A stretch of 14,401 bases of DNA from an uncultured archaeon. GTDB taxonomy: Archaea; Altiarchaeota; Altiarchaeia; IMC4; SCGC-AAA252-I15. Where the stretch lies: positions 1 through 14,401 of the forward strand of contig CABMCB010000061.1 of the NCBI GenBank assembly GCA_902384455.1, in the 5' to 3' direction. Below are positions 14,281 to 14,401 of the stretch, piece by piece. The notes below the pieces were generated by a model. The model made no database searches. It was not told the origin of the DNA and worked only from the letters and a program-made list of their open reading frames with translations. Position 1 is the stretch's first letter. Every line of letters begins with the position of its first letter. The position numbers were made by a program, and so were the translations under genes.

Positions 14281-14401
14281 TAGGAGCCCGGAAAACTAGG
14301 TATCTAGTTATCAATATGAGGGTCGGAAAAGTGGCATTTTGCTCGTAAGCGACACCAAAACAAGCATTTAGATTTTGACCCTGTTCGGCTACGAACCAGA
14401 A

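Overview
The window looks like an accessory region, probably an integrated satellite-like or plasmid-like element followed by cargo genes. The host may be an Acidobacterium; this is inferred from the style of the small proteins and motifs, not proven. From left to right it contains: (1) the 3' end of a RecA-fold AAA_25/RepA-like replication protein; (2) an ~860-bp non-coding block rich in repeats, hairpins and recombination-site-like motifs; (3) a leftward, apparently leaderless operon of a 42-aa basic peptide and a FimB/FimE-like catalytic-domain-only tyrosine recombinase with an altered HxxR motif; (4) a tightly coupled rightward operon of nine genes, mostly unknown, ending in a collagen-like fibre and an M41-like HExxH peptidase; (5) a 59-aa membrane peptide; (6) a mini-antitoxin/GNAT toxin pair; (7) a convergent ~500-nt structured non-coding segment with its own sigma70-like promoter and an embedded non-canonical tRNA (Ser GCU anticodon on an Arg-like body with no long variable arm); (8) a small hypothetical protein, a DUF4238 protein, a 2-TM protein and a split DUF2254-like membrane gene pair. 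The strongest candidate for an undescribed system is the tRNA-containing structured RNA facing the GNAT TA module. All family calls come from reading motifs by eye; no searches were run.
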